Origin: a virus
Virus record (IMG/VR): IMGVR_UViG_3300049433_000110
Coordinates: 5,592 to 69,591 of that record
Length of the DNA: 64,000 nucleotides
Direction: 5' to 3' (one strand)
In this document: in pieces, positions 1 to 9,984 of the stretch
Position numbering within the stretch: the first letter of the stretch is position 1
Layout: each line of letters begins with the position of its first letter
Program-made: the position numbers and the translations under genes
The notes under the pieces: generated by a model
Databases searched by the model: none
What the model saw: the letters and a program-made list of their open reading frames with translations, nothing else
Told to the model about the DNA's origin: nothing

Positions 1-7
1 CTCGACG

Positions 8-1570
8 TTGAAGCGCATGCAGATCCTGGGGGCGTATCGGGATGTCGAGCTCGGCGATGCGGTGACGCCCCAATCGGATGCGCTGCAAGCGGAAGAAAAA
101 GCCCAGCAAGGCCTGTCGGATAACGGCATGCGGCGCCCCGCCGACCGCGAGCGCGAGTTGTATGAATGCTGCTGCGAGTTGGATATCGCCGGCTTCGAGC
201 ACAAACACAAGGGCAAGCTGACCGGGCTTGCCATCCCCTACGTGGTGACGATCGATGTCTCCTCCCGACAGGCCTTGTCGATTGTCAGGCGATTCGAGCA
301 GGACACCCAGGCGCTCCCCGTCGCCCGGCAGCGCTTCGTGAAATTCCCATTCGTACCGGGACTGGGGTTCTACGGCATCGGCCTGCTGCACATCCTGGGC
401 AACTCGACCAACGCCATCACGGCCGCCTGGCGCGAGATGTTGGACAACGGCATGTTTGCCAACTTCCCTGGATTCCTCCATGGCGATTCGGGACAACGCC
501 AAAACACCAACATTTTCCGAGTAGCCCCGGGCGCCGGTGTTCCGATCAAGACCGGCGGCATCCCGATTCGCGATTTCGCGATGCCGCTGCCCTACAGCAC
601 GCAGCAGATGCCGGCCTTGATGGCCCTCGTGCAGGACATGGCCGAGACCGGCCGGCGCATCGGCGGCACCGCGGAAGTGCAGGTGGGTGAGGGCAGGGCG
701 GACGTCCCGGTGGGCACCGTGATGGCCATGATCGATCAGGCGATCAAGGTCATGAACGCCGTGCACAAGCGCATGCATGCCGCGCAGGCGGAAGAATTCC
801 AACTGTTGAAGCGCGAGTTCCGAGAGAACCCGGAAACATTCTGGTGCCGCGGCTGCAAGTCGAAAACCCAGTGGGACAAAGAGAAATTCTTAGCCGCGCT
901 CAACAACTGCGACCTCGTGCCCCAAGCCGATCCCAACACGTCGTCTTCCGGCCAGCGCATGATGAAAGTGATGGGGCTAAAGCAACTCCAGCAAGCCAGT
1001 CCGAATCTGTACGACCCGATCAAGTGCGATACTGCGGCGCTGAACGCGATGGGATGGCCGAACCCGGAAGAGTTCTTCGTGCCGCCCGCGGCCCGCGCCG
1101 CCCCGCCGCCACAACTTCAGCAGGCGCAGGCGCAGATGAAGAACGAGGCCACGAAGGCAGCCGCCGATGATAAGCGCGCCACCGCTGATCTCATCGAGGC
1201 GCAGGCCGCCAACAAAGAGACCGAGACCAAGATCGCGGTCGGTCACTTCACTCCAAAGCAGGAATCGGCAGGATTGGCCGGATCTCAACAAGTCGATACG
1301 CCCGTGGATAAGGCCACCGCGCAAGCCAAACTACTCGATGCGCATACCCGCGCGCGCGAGGCCACGGTGCACGAGCGGGTGGCGGCGGCCGAGGATCAGA
1401 ACCGCGACCAAGACCGCGTGGCAAAAGAGCGTGAAGCGGCAATTAAGTTGGCATCCGATGTGATTCGGGCGCCTACTCATCCGATGAGCGGCAAGCCGGT
1501 CGACGTGGGTGATGCGGGTCACAAGGCGCACAAGATCATCCAGGATGTGGATCGAGGCATCACGCAATGA
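8..1570 (+). CDS. Portal protein (5'-truncated by window edge)
   Basis: FVKFPFVPGLGFYGIGLLH, PVGTVMAMIDQAIKVMNAVHKRMH and LVPQADPN resemble P22-like portals; Q/A-rich C-terminal coiled coil. Confidence 0.85.
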   Translation: MKRMQILGAYRDVELGDAVTPQSDALQAEEKAQQGLSDNGMRRPADRERELYECCCELDIAGFEHKHKGKLTGLAIPYVVTIDVSSRQALSIVRRFEQDTQALPVARQRFVKFPFVPGLGFYGIGLLHILGNSTNAITAAWREMLDNGMFANFPGFLHGDSGQRQNTNIFRVAPGAGVPIKTGGIPIRDFAMPLPYSTQQMPALMALVQDMAETGRRIGGTAEVQVGEGRADVPVGTVMAMIDQAIKVMNAVHKRMHAAQAEEFQLLKREFRENPETFWCRGCKSKTQWDKEKFLAALNNCDLVPQADPNTSSSGQRMMKVMGLKQLQQASPNLYDPIKCDTAALNAMGWPNPEEFFVPPAARAAPPPQLQQAQAQMKNEATKAAADDKRATADLIEAQAANKETETKIAVGHFTPKQESAGLAGSQQVDTPVDKATAQAKLLDAHTRAREATVHERVAAAEDQNRDQDRVAKEREAAIKLASDVIRAPTHPMSGKPVDVGDAGHKAHKIIQDVDRGITQ

Positions 1571-2127
1571 GAGTCAAAATAATTCGCTGGACCGATCCGA
1601 CGAGTTCTCTCGTAAATCTCCGCGTGTTGCGTTGGTGTGATGGACAGTGGGAGCCGGTCGGACCTCCGGGCGAGTTCCCGTTGAACGAATCCGAGCGGGC
1701 CAACGAGTTCGCAATGAAACTGTCGCTGACAAAGCGGGTTCCGGTCGAGTTGGCGATGTTTGAAGACGGCGAGAAGTTAGAGGGGCGCATTGGTCCACTT
1801 GTTACCGTGCCGGATTGCGAGAACGGCGAGAAAATTTCGGGAGAGCCGGGCACGAGTCCGGCAGTCCAGTACAAACCGCTATCGGTACCCTCTGACTGTT
1901 GCGTCGTGTCTATTGAGGAAGCTCTCTATCAAATTGGCGAAGAGGCCAAGCACGTATCTTCAGATGTGCACGTTTCAGACAGGTGGACGCCGGCAGCCAT
2001 ATCTGAGTTGAAATCCGCTCTGCGAGATTCTCTCGCCAATCGGGTCAGTGTAGACCGTAGATTGAAACCGTCCGAATGGTACGTCGAGTGTTGTGGTACA
2101 CGTGTCGGCAGTAACCCGCCGTGGTAA
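1567..2127 (+). CDS. Hypothetical protein
   Basis: ATGA overlap with portal stop; no recognised motif. Confidence 0.6.
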   Translation: MRVKIIRWTDPTSSLVNLRVLRWCDGQWEPVGPPGEFPLNESERANEFAMKLSLTKRVPVELAMFEDGEKLEGRIGPLVTVPDCENGEKISGEPGTSPAVQYKPLSVPSDCCVVSIEEALYQIGEEAKHVSSDVHVSDRWTPAAISELKSALRDSLANRVSVDRRLKPSEWYVECCGTRVGSNPPW

Positions 2128-2140
2128 TCGAGGGACAGTC

Positions 2141-2962
2141 ATGAGCACAGCATCAGAAGCAGCCCGCAGCGCCGCGAAATCGAAAGTCGAGCGGCTGATG
2201 AAATCCGACCCTCATGCTCGGGTCGACGCCAGCGGATACTCTCCAGAGGGACCCATGGACGCCGGAGTGCAAACCGGCCCGCGCCCGATCTCGCGCCGCC
2301 AGTTCCGGCGCGGCGGACAGGTCGAGGGAGCGAAGGCAATTGCCCGGGCCGATCGCAAACCCCGCGCCTCGGGTGGCCGAACCCTGACGGCCGACTCGTA
2401 CATCAATCGCGACGTCAAGGAAGCCAACGAGGAGCGCGACGGCATCAAGCATGTCGGCGGCATGAAGCGCGGGGGTCGCGCCGGCAAACTGGGCGGCGGC
2501 CCCCTCATGCAGGCCACCGGCAGCCCCTCGATGCCTCCCACGACCATCGGCCGCAAAGAAGGCGGCAAGGTGCACGCCTCCGGCTGCGAGTGCGCGAAGT
2601 GCGGTGGCGGGCGCGTGGAGCGAAAGGACGGTGGCGCCATTTACGGCGGCACGCGCCCCGTCGCCGGCCGCCTCGCACGCAAGGGCGGCGGTCGCACCAA
2701 GGGCAAGACCAACGTCAACATCATCATCACGCAACCGGGCGGTATGGGCGGCCCGCCGATGCCGCCGCCGGGAGCCATGCCACCTCCAGGCGGACCGGTC
2801 GGGCTGCATCAGGGTGCGCCGCCGCCCGCGCCGATGGGCCCGCCTGCGGGAGGGCCGCCGCCCATGATGGCGCGCAAGTCGGGGGGTCGAACGACCTATC
2901 CGATCGATTCGGGTGCTGGCGGCGGGTTGGGGCGGCTGGAGAAGGCCAAGGCGTATGGTTGA
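2141..2962 (+). CDS. Basic Gly/Pro-rich protein with many xxxGG motifs, probable internal head protein
   Basis: ATG 2141 after GAGGGA; FRRGG, RASGG, MKRGG, RKEGG, RKDGG, RKGGG, RKSGG. Confidence 0.7.
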   Translation: MSTASEAARSAAKSKVERLMKSDPHARVDASGYSPEGPMDAGVQTGPRPISRRQFRRGGQVEGAKAIARADRKPRASGGRTLTADSYINRDVKEANEERDGIKHVGGMKRGGRAGKLGGGPLMQATGSPSMPPTTIGRKEGGKVHASGCECAKCGGGRVERKDGGAIYGGTRPVAGRLARKGGGRTKGKTNVNIIITQPGGMGGPPMPPPGAMPPPGGPVGLHQGAPPPAPMGPPAGGPPPMMARKSGGRTTYPIDSGAGGGLGRLEKAKAYG

Positions 2963-3125
2963 TATAACCACGCTCAATCTGCCGCCGACTTATGGATGGC
3001 AGTGCGTACTTTGCGGCCAACAAGTTGTAATTGCAGCATCTGGCATCCTGCATTATTGCCCCGCCGAGACTCGCATTCGAGAGATTATCCGCGAGGAATT
3101 GGATAAGCGCGCTCCAACCGGATAG
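2955..3125 (+). CDS. Small Zn-binding hypothetical protein
   Basis: CVLCG...HYC; fills the gap between genes. Confidence 0.45.
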   Translation: MVDITTLNLPPTYGWQCVLCGQQVVIAASGILHYCPAETRIREIIREELDKRAPTG

Positions 3126-3130
3126 ATGTA

Positions 3131-3334
3131 ATGCCCAACCTCAACACCCAGTTCGAATTCGAGCTGAAAAAGCTGGTCAGCGCCCGTATGGCCGATATTG
3201 CCGATATTCTGTGTGACGGTCAGGCCATCAAGGACTATGCCGACTACCGCCGTTACGTGGGCGAGTTCCAAGGCCTCAAACAGGTGCATGAAGGCTTCTG
3301 CGACCAAATCAACACTACCTTAAACCAACGGTGA
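3131..3334 (+). CDS. Small phage head-module protein
   Basis: DYADYRRYVGEFQGL motif typical of the small gene preceding phage GroES. Confidence 0.7.
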   Translation: MPNLNTQFEFELKKLVSARMADIADILCDGQAIKDYADYRRYVGEFQGLKQVHEGFCDQINTTLNQR

Positions 3335-3343
3335 CGTATCTCT

Positions 3344-3787
3344 ATGTCCGCAGTGCTCAAAAGCAAACAGAACGACCCGGCCGCCCAACTCAAACGCGAC
3401 ATTCTGGCTAAAATCGGCGATGTGTCCGAGTTCGAGATTGCGCAGAACGAAATCCTGCTCGCCATCTATCAGCGGCCCGAGACGACTTCTGGCGGCATCA
3501 TCCAGGTTGCGCAGACGCTGAAGGAGGACATCTACCAGGGAAAGGTGGGATTGGTGGTCAAAATCGGTGAGCACTGCCAGTTTGATCGCGCGGACCCGTA
3601 TACCAACATCGTGACGGGGATTCCGATCTCACTGCACGACTGGGTGGTGGTCCGTCCTTCCGACACCTGGGCGCTCGATGTCAACATGAAGTCCGACACG
3701 CTGTCGAAAAAGGATTTCGTGCCCTGCCGGCTGGTCAAAGACAAAGATATTCGAGCGAAAATCCCTCATCCGGGGAGCGTGTGGTGA
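3344..3787 (+). CDS. GroES-like (Cpn10) co-chaperonin
   Basis: NEILL...ETTSGGII mobile-loop-like motif, GLVVKIG, DWVV; in head module. Confidence 0.8.
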   Translation: MSAVLKSKQNDPAAQLKRDILAKIGDVSEFEIAQNEILLAIYQRPETTSGGIIQVAQTLKEDIYQGKVGLVVKIGEHCQFDRADPYTNIVTGIPISLHDWVVVRPSDTWALDVNMKSDTLSKKDFVPCRLVKDKDIRAKIPHPGSVW

Positions 3788-3968
3788 TTGGCTTGGCGCA
3801 CTTAAAGGGCGAAGGCGCGCCGATGCATCCCGACGAATTCGACAATGAGGACGAAATGTCAGATGCACAGTATTTGCGCCAGCTTCAGGCGTACAAGGAC
3901 CATTACAAACTCGGGATCTCTGACTTTACAGGCATCGTTCGCGACCGACTGATACCGGAACTAAAATA

Positions 3969-4955
3969 ATGTCAACACCCACAGACGAAATTGCAATCGA
4001 TTTGGAGGCGGCAGACGCCAAAGCGGCTGCGGAAGCTGCCAAAAAGACCGCTAACGGCGCGAATGCAGCCGCTGAGGACGATTCCAACACGGCCGCACCG
4101 GACATTGATGTCGTCAATGACGATATGCAGCCTCAAAAGGCCGACAAAACGGCCGTTTCACCGGAAGAAGGGCTCGAAAAGCTCAAAAAGCAGCTCGAGG
4201 ACGAGCGCTCAGGCCGACTGGCGGCGGAACAACGGGCGAACGATGCCTCTCGCGGCGAGGCAGCGGCCCGTGGCGAGGTTCAAACCTCGCAACTCGACCT
4301 CGTCAAGGGCGCAATCGAGCGCTTGACCGAGTCCAGTGACACGTTGGAAGGTCAATACGCCGATGCGATGGCCGCGCAGGACTGGAAAGCCGCCGCCAAG
4401 GCCCATCGGCAGATGTCGGACAACTCCGCGAAGCTGACCCAGCTCGAAGCCGGCAAAAAGGCGCTCGAAGCGGCCCCGAAACCGACCCCGCGCGTCGCTG
4501 CCGATCCGGTGGAGCAATTCGCCTCGGCACTATCGCCCGCCTCGGCAACCTGGGTCCGCGCCCATCCTGAATTCGTGCGCGATCCGCACAAGAATCGCCA
4601 GATGATCGCCGCTCACGAGCTCGCACTGGCCCGCGGGCACAAGGCCGACACCGCTGAGTACTTCGCCTCGGTCGAGAAAACACTGGATCTGACGGCGCCA
4701 GCGGTTGCGAAAGTCGATCCCGAGCCCGATGCAACGGCGGATGCCGCGCAAGCCGTCGGCGGTCGAGCCGCGCCCGCCGCCGCACCTGTCAGCCGCAGAA
4801 ATGGCGCGCACGGCAATCGTCCCGGCGTGGTAACACTGACGCCTGAGCAAGCGGATCAGGCGCACTTTTCATTTCCCGATCTGGATCCGAAGAAGGCCGA
4901 AATCGAATACGCCCGCAACATGGTGGCACTGAGAAAAGAGGGGAAACTATCGTGA
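3969..4955 (+). CDS. Probable capsid scaffolding protein
   Basis: Acidic N-terminus, coiled coil, C-terminal VTLTPEQ...EYAR; position. Confidence 0.7.
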   Translation: MSTPTDEIAIDLEAADAKAAAEAAKKTANGANAAAEDDSNTAAPDIDVVNDDMQPQKADKTAVSPEEGLEKLKKQLEDERSGRLAAEQRANDASRGEAAARGEVQTSQLDLVKGAIERLTESSDTLEGQYADAMAAQDWKAAAKAHRQMSDNSAKLTQLEAGKKALEAAPKPTPRVAADPVEQFASALSPASATWVRAHPEFVRDPHKNRQMIAAHELALARGHKADTAEYFASVEKTLDLTAPAVAKVDPEPDATADAAQAVGGRAAPAAAPVSRRNGAHGNRPGVVTLTPEQADQAHFSFPDLDPKKAEIEYARNMVALRKEGKLS

Positions 4956-5572
4956 GTGTTGATAATTCGAAGACAGCCGCCGCGGTCACCGAGGGCTTGA
5001 GGCGCGTTGAAGAAAGATTTAATGATCCGAAAACCGGCGTTGCCGCCGCAGTCGCCGCCGGCCTGAGTGCCGCCCAACCACCCGCTCCCCAGCCGAAGCC
5101 GCGCGAGGAAGACCCACGGGCCCGCGCCGCGCGCCGCGCGTTGGAATTGCGCGAGCAGGCCTCCTCCGATGACGACGGTGTCGACAAGTTCTTTATCGAT
5201 CCCAGGATAATTCCGGATGGCTGGGGCTACGAGTGGAAGACCTTCACCGTGTTGGGCAAGGAGAATCCGTCCTATCAGGTTGCGATGGCGCACAAGGGCT
5301 GGGAAGCGGTGCCCCGCTCCCGTCATCCGCACCTGATGCCGATCAACTACCAGGGCGAGACCATCGAGCGCGAAGGGATGGTCCTGATGGAGCGTCCGCT
5401 CGAGATTACCCAGGAGGCGAAGGCACGCGACCTGCGCATTGCGCGCGCTCAGGTGCGCGGTAAGGAGGAGCAGTTGGGAGGCGCGCCCAACGGGACCTTC
5501 GAACGGTCAAATAAGGACCAGCCGCTCGTGAAGGTGAAGAAGAGTTTCGAGAACATGCCAATTCCAGAGTAA
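4952..5572 (+). CDS. Conserved phage head-module protein
   Basis: IPDGWGYEW...GWEAVP...GMVLMERP motif; follows scaffold. Confidence 0.7.
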   Translation: MSVDNSKTAAAVTEGLRRVEERFNDPKTGVAAAVAAGLSAAQPPAPQPKPREEDPRARAARRALELREQASSDDDGVDKFFIDPRIIPDGWGYEWKTFTVLGKENPSYQVAMAHKGWEAVPRSRHPHLMPINYQGETIEREGMVLMERPLEITQEAKARDLRIARAQVRGKEEQLGGAPNGTFERSNKDQPLVKVKKSFENMPIPE

Positions 5573-5698
5573 CCTGCGAACTCCATGAAAAAGCGTCTCG
5601 CTTGGTTCTGGTGCCACAGGCCAAAGCACCATCACACATCAGCCCGGGCCGGCCATTTGTGCCTGACCCGCATCAACGTCACACGAGGAAATAAAGTC

Positions 5699-6001
5699 AT
5701 GTCCACGGTTACCGGTACGTACACCTTCCCTGCCACCCGCAAGAGCGGTGCGGCGCTCGCACTCACCGATATCAACTTCGCCAGTCTGACGAGAAACGGC
5801 ACGGAGATCAGCAAGCTTGCCCCCTCGGCCGCGACGGTGAATTTCACCGATAGCAGCCCGCTCACCGGCAGTGATGTTTACGAGGCGATCACTATCACCA
5901 ATGACGGCTTTCAGGGTGACCCATCGAACGATGTGTCTATCGTGATCGCGGCAGCCGATCCGGCCAGCGCCGGTACGCTCACCGCCACACTCAATCCCTG
6001 A
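5699..6001 (+). CDS. Small FN3/Ig-like beta-sandwich protein
   Basis: GAGGA RBS, ATG 5699; RNG...FTD...Y...SN pattern. Confidence 0.55.
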   Translation: MSTVTGTYTFPATRKSGAALALTDINFASLTRNGTEISKLAPSAATVNFTDSSPLTGSDVYEAITITNDGFQGDPSNDVSIVIAAADPASAGTLTATLNP

Positions 6002-6006
6002 GTTGA

Positions 6007-6077
6007 TGTTATAATCGGATGGCGCAGTGTTACTAGCACTGGCGCCATCCTAAACACAACGATCTGTAAGGAGATCG
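6007..6077 (+). promoter_or_regulatory. Extended -10 promoter plus two hairpins controlling the HNH gene
   Basis: TGTTATAAT 6007-6015; stem GGATGGCGC/GCGCCATCC 6017-6050; CGATCT-GTAAGG-AGATCG 6060-6077 covers RBS AAGGAG. Confidence 0.65.
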
Positions 6078-6079
6078 CG

Positions 6080-6757
6080 ATGTCTGCCATAAATGCTATC
6101 ACACCAGGCGCTCGCTTCGGACGTTGGACCGCACTGGAATTAGTCGAGTTTCGTCCCTTCCCGTGCGGAAAGAAGCACCCTTTCAGGGTATGTCAATGTG
6201 ATTGCGGAACAGTTCAATGGGTAAACCAATACAATCTTTTGTCCGGGAAGACTGAAAGCTGTGGTTGCCTACAGGCGGAAATAACCGAAAAAAGAAGCCT
6301 GAAGCATGGCAATGCACGCAGAAAGAAAACAACTCGGGCATATAGAATATGGAATGGGATGATAAAAAGATGCTCGAATTCTAAGATGCCCTCTTATAAA
6401 AATTATGGCGGTCGAGGGATTACCGTATGTAATCGATGGTTGGACAGCTTCGAAAATTTTCTCGTAGATATGGGTGAGCCGACAGCTGATCTAACTTTGG
6501 ATCGATTAGACAATGACGGTTCTTATTGCAAAGAAAATTGCGCTTGGCGTACACCTATTGACCAAGCCAGAAATAGACGCAATACAATAAGATGGACATT
6601 CAATGGACTCACTCTCACTCTCTCGGAGTGGGCTGAAAAGGTCGGAATTTCTCAGAAATCTCTCGATGCTCGTTATCGCAGAGGTTGGTCCATTGAAAGA
6701 ATACTCACGTCTCCATTGGACATGACTAGGCTCGGTCGCTTGACTTCTACAGAATGA
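6080..6757 (+). CDS. Free-standing HNH homing endonuclease
   Basis: CQCDCG, SCGC, YGGRGITVC, TLDRLDNDGSYCKENCAW...QARN; AT-richer than flanks. Confidence 0.88.
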   Translation: MSAINAITPGARFGRWTALELVEFRPFPCGKKHPFRVCQCDCGTVQWVNQYNLLSGKTESCGCLQAEITEKRSLKHGNARRKKTTRAYRIWNGMIKRCSNSKMPSYKNYGGRGITVCNRWLDSFENFLVDMGEPTADLTLDRLDNDGSYCKENCAWRTPIDQARNRRNTIRWTFNGLTLTLSEWAEKVGISQKSLDARYRRGWSIERILTSPLDMTRLGRLTSTE

Positions 6758-6858
6758 TGTGCATAAATTCCTGCGAGCTACCCGGCGTAGTTTGAGTTTT
6801 ATTTTAGGTCCCTCCTAGCTCCGGCAGCCATGGCAGACCTCCACTTGGAGCTACTGCT

Positions 6859-7479
6859 TTGGCAAATTCCAATAGTCCGTTTGGATTTAGGCAATATCGC
6901 GGCCGCGGCACGACTCCATCCTTCGAGCAGGTCGCGTTCCGCAATGGCGGTATCGACTACAACGCGACCGTCATCTACAACGGCGACCCCGTCGTCCGCG
7001 CAGGCACAGGCGACGGCACGATCAAGCAAGCCGCGGGCGCGGCGGGCGGCAGCACGGTCACCATGGCCGGCATCTTCCAGGGCTGCAAATACCTCTCCAC
7101 GGTGACCAAGAAGACCGAGTGGTCCAACTACTGGCCCGGTGGCAGTCCCGTCACGAGCGGCAACCAGTCCACCATCGAAGCCTACGTCATCAACGATCCC
7201 AACGCGCAGTTCGTCGTGCAGAGCGACGCGACGGGCGTAACGCAGGCGGACGTCGGCGCCAACTTCGATTTCAACATCGGCACTGGAACCGCGGCCAACG
7301 GGCTCTCTGGGGCATACCTACTTCACACGGGCGTGACGACAGCCGCGTATCCCTTCACGTTCCAGGAATTGGTGTTGGACCCGCCGGGGGCGAATGGCAC
7401 GCAGGCAGGCGCGTACAACCTCGCGGTCGTGTCGTATAATAACATCGAAACCCGCCAGCTGACGGCTGTCAATACCTGA
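6859..7479 (+). CDS. Capsid-associated (decoration/minor capsid) protein, TTG start
   Basis: MANSNSPFGFR N-terminus typical of the gene preceding the MCP; GGAG RBS 6847-6850. Confidence 0.72.
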   Translation: MANSNSPFGFRQYRGRGTTPSFEQVAFRNGGIDYNATVIYNGDPVVRAGTGDGTIKQAAGAAGGSTVTMAGIFQGCKYLSTVTKKTEWSNYWPGGSPVTSGNQSTIEAYVINDPNAQFVVQSDATGVTQADVGANFDFNIGTGTAANGLSGAYLLHTGVTTAAYPFTFQELVLDPPGANGTQAGAYNLAVVSYNNIETRQLTAVNT

Positions 7480-7502
7480 TATGTATAAGGCTCTCAACAC
7501 TG

Positions 7503-8051
7503 TTGAAGAAGCCGCACATGGGTAAGTCATTCGACATCGATATGACTGAGTACGTGCCGTTTGAGCGTGTGTCGGACAGTGATCTACAGCGCGCACGCAT
7601 TTTCAATAAATGCCGCATGTCTGACACCGGCTGTTGGTTGTGGACCGGTCCCACCAACGGTAAAGGATACGGTGTCTTTTACGTTGGCACGAAGAATCGC
7701 CACGCGCACCGGTGCAGTTACGAAGTCTTCAAGGGATCAATCCCCGAAGGGCTGCATGTCCTTCATGCGTGCGATACGCCGCTGTGCGTGAATCCTGCGC
7801 ATCTTCGGGCGGGCACGCATCGCGAAAACATGACAGATCGAGATACGCGGAAACGCAGAGATGTTCGCGGAAATCAGATCGGGACCTCAAAGCTAACTGA
7901 GCAGCAAGCGCGAGAGATAAAGTCATCTCCGCATGTCAAGCCGAAGATCCTCGCAGAGAAGTATGGAATTCGGCCAGAACACATTTGGCGTATTCGGACT
8001 GGCAAGAGCTGGGCACATGTGAAGCCCGCGGAGAATGTAGATGGCGATTAA
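7503..8051 (+). CDS. Free-standing HNH endonuclease (HNH_3 type with C-terminal HTH)
   Basis: CWLWTG..GYG, AHRCSY, VLHACDTPLCVNPAHLRAGTHRENM, KLTEQQAREIK; true start may be downstream. Confidence 0.9.
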   Translation: MKKPHMGKSFDIDMTEYVPFERVSDSDLQRARIFNKCRMSDTGCWLWTGPTNGKGYGVFYVGTKNRHAHRCSYEVFKGSIPEGLHVLHACDTPLCVNPAHLRAGTHRENMTDRDTRKRRDVRGNQIGTSKLTEQQAREIKSSPHVKPKILAEKYGIRPEHIWRIRTGKSWAHVKPAENVDGD

Positions 8052-8955
8052 TCTCTCGGCCATTAAGGACCTGTTGTTGCCAGGTCTCCGGGGTGTCACT
8101 GGCAAGTACGAATCCATAGCAAGCCAGCATGACAAGGTATTTACTAAATACACCTCCAAGATGGCGCTCGAGCGCACGGCTGAGATGCGCTACCTGGGGC
8201 TCGCGCAGCTGAAGACCGAAGGCGGCCAGACCGGCTTCGACAACAGCGCCGGTGAGCGCTACGTCTATAACCAGGAGCACATCGAGATCGGCTTAGGCTA
8301 CGCGATCACGCGCAAGGCCATCGATGACAACCTGTACAAGACGCAGTTCCACCCGTCGAACCTGGGGTTGATGGAGTCATTTCACCAATTCCAGGAGATC
8401 TACGCCGCGAACGTGCTCAACACGGGGACCACCTACAACTCCTCTGTGGGTGGTGACGGTGTAGCGCTCTTTTCCGCATCCCATCCGATCGATGGCAATG
8501 TCATTGCCAACACGCCTACCACGCAGGTGGATCTGAACGAAGCGACATTGCTGAATGCGATGGTGGCCGTCCGGACGAACTTCAAAGATCAGGCCGGCTT
8601 GAAGATGTTCGCGCGCTTCCGCAAGCTCATGGTGCCGCCGCAGCTGGAGCCGGTTGCGATCCGTCTCACGAAGACCGAGTTACGTCCGGGAACGGCGGAC
8701 AACGACGTCAACGCGATCATGTCTACGGCCGGCGGCATCCCCGAAGGCTACATGGTGATGGATTTCCTCACCTCGCAGTTCGCGTGGTTTGGACTCACCA
8801 ACATTCCGGGACTCGCCTTCATGGATCGCATCCCGTTTGAGACGGATATGCAGGTTGACTTCGTGACGGATAATTTGCTCGTGAAGGGATATTCGAGGTG
8901 GAGCTATTCGTACTTTAATTGGAGATCGGCGTGGGGAACCTTCCCGACTTCGTGA
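8041..8955 (+). CDS. Major capsid protein
   Basis: LLPGL...LGYAITRKAIDDNLY...GDGVALFSASHP; 304 aa; position. Confidence 0.88.
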   Translation: MAINLSAIKDLLLPGLRGVTGKYESIASQHDKVFTKYTSKMALERTAEMRYLGLAQLKTEGGQTGFDNSAGERYVYNQEHIEIGLGYAITRKAIDDNLYKTQFHPSNLGLMESFHQFQEIYAANVLNTGTTYNSSVGGDGVALFSASHPIDGNVIANTPTTQVDLNEATLLNAMVAVRTNFKDQAGLKMFARFRKLMVPPQLEPVAIRLTKTELRPGTADNDVNAIMSTAGGIPEGYMVMDFLTSQFAWFGLTNIPGLAFMDRIPFETDMQVDFVTDNLLVKGYSRWSYSYFNWRSAWGTFPTS

Positions 8956-8968
8956 GTGAGGCCCTCCC

Positions 8969-9553
8969 ATGACCCAGTACATCTTCCCCACCAGCGGACA
9001 AACACTTCCCGACATTCAACCGGGCATGCTCACGCAGCCCAACGGCAGCCCGGCGCTTCCCGGTACGGAGACGCAGGGCCCCCTGATCGTAGGGAGCGTG
9101 CTCGCCTCAGATGGCACGGGCAACCTCGCGGGCATCGGCGGCACGATTGGCACCTGCAATCAGGGCTATGTCGCCATGACCCAGTCCTGCGTGATCACGC
9201 AGGCGACCAATGACGGCGTCGCCGGCCAGTTTGCCTGTCCGATTGTGATTCCGGCGCAGAGCCAGATCAGGGCCATCAAACTCATGGTCACGACTGCCTG
9301 GACGGGCGGAGCGACGACCCTGGGAATCGGTACCGGGGCCTCCGCGACCGCCCTGACAGCCGCCAATGCGGTCGTGACCTCCGGCGCGTTGGGCCAAGTG
9401 ACCATCGTGCCGGGCGCCGGCGCGACCCAGATCGGCAATTGGGACAACGTGGGCACGCAGGACGTGCAGATTGTGGTGTTGTCCACCAACACAGGCTCGG
9501 GCGTCGGCACGCTGACGGTCGACTATACCCAGGGAATAAATTTGGCCTCCTAA
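8969..9553 (+). CDS. Probable capsid decoration/structural protein
   Basis: Beta-rich; IPAQSQI...VTTAW...GTLTVDY pattern; follows MCP. Confidence 0.6.
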   Translation: MTQYIFPTSGQTLPDIQPGMLTQPNGSPALPGTETQGPLIVGSVLASDGTGNLAGIGGTIGTCNQGYVAMTQSCVITQATNDGVAGQFACPIVIPAQSQIRAIKLMVTTAWTGGATTLGIGTGASATALTAANAVVTSGALGQVTIVPGAGATQIGNWDNVGTQDVQIVVLSTNTGSGVGTLTVDYTQGINLAS

Positions 9554-9570
9554 AGGCTGGAGACTCAGAC

Positions 9571-9897
9571 ATGAAAGGCGGACGACGATCACGAGCGACG
9601 GGGGGCGAAAATACGGCCGAAGAGGACGTGAAGGACAAGCCCGAGGCGCGCACGAACGCGAAGAAGATCGACGAAGAGGCCGAGGAGATGAAGAAGGGCG
9701 GCCGTGCCAAACGCAAGCACGGTGGCAAGACCGAGGTCGGTCATATCGAGGGCCACAAGGAAAAGATGCATGCGGGTCGCAAGCCGCGCAAGAGTGGTGG
9801 CCGCGCGTCGGATTCGAACCCTTTCACCAGCGCGAAGTCAGGTAAGGACGCGCCGGGCCGCAAGCTGATGGAGCAGGGAGTCGGGGAAAAAGGTTGA
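9571..9897 (+). CDS. Small charged protein with xxxGG motifs
   Basis: GGAG RBS, ATG 9571; RATGG, MKKGG, RKHGG, RKSGG. Confidence 0.7.
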   Translation: MKGGRRSRATGGENTAEEDVKDKPEARTNAKKIDEEAEEMKKGGRAKRKHGGKTEVGHIEGHKEKMHAGRKPRKSGGRASDSNPFTSAKSGKDAPGRKLMEQGVGEKG

Positions 9898-9936
9898 GAC
9901 GTTGCCGCGTTAGTCCGTAGCCCACTTCGGGCAGTC

Positions 9937-9966
9937 GAACGGGGCCTGGCGCCCCGTTCTGTTTTT
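9937..9966 (+). terminator. Intrinsic terminator after capsid operon
   Basis: GAACGGGGC-CTGGC-GCCCCGTTC followed by TGTTTTT. Confidence 0.8.
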
Positions 9967-9984
9967 GGCCGAGGACGAAACTAG

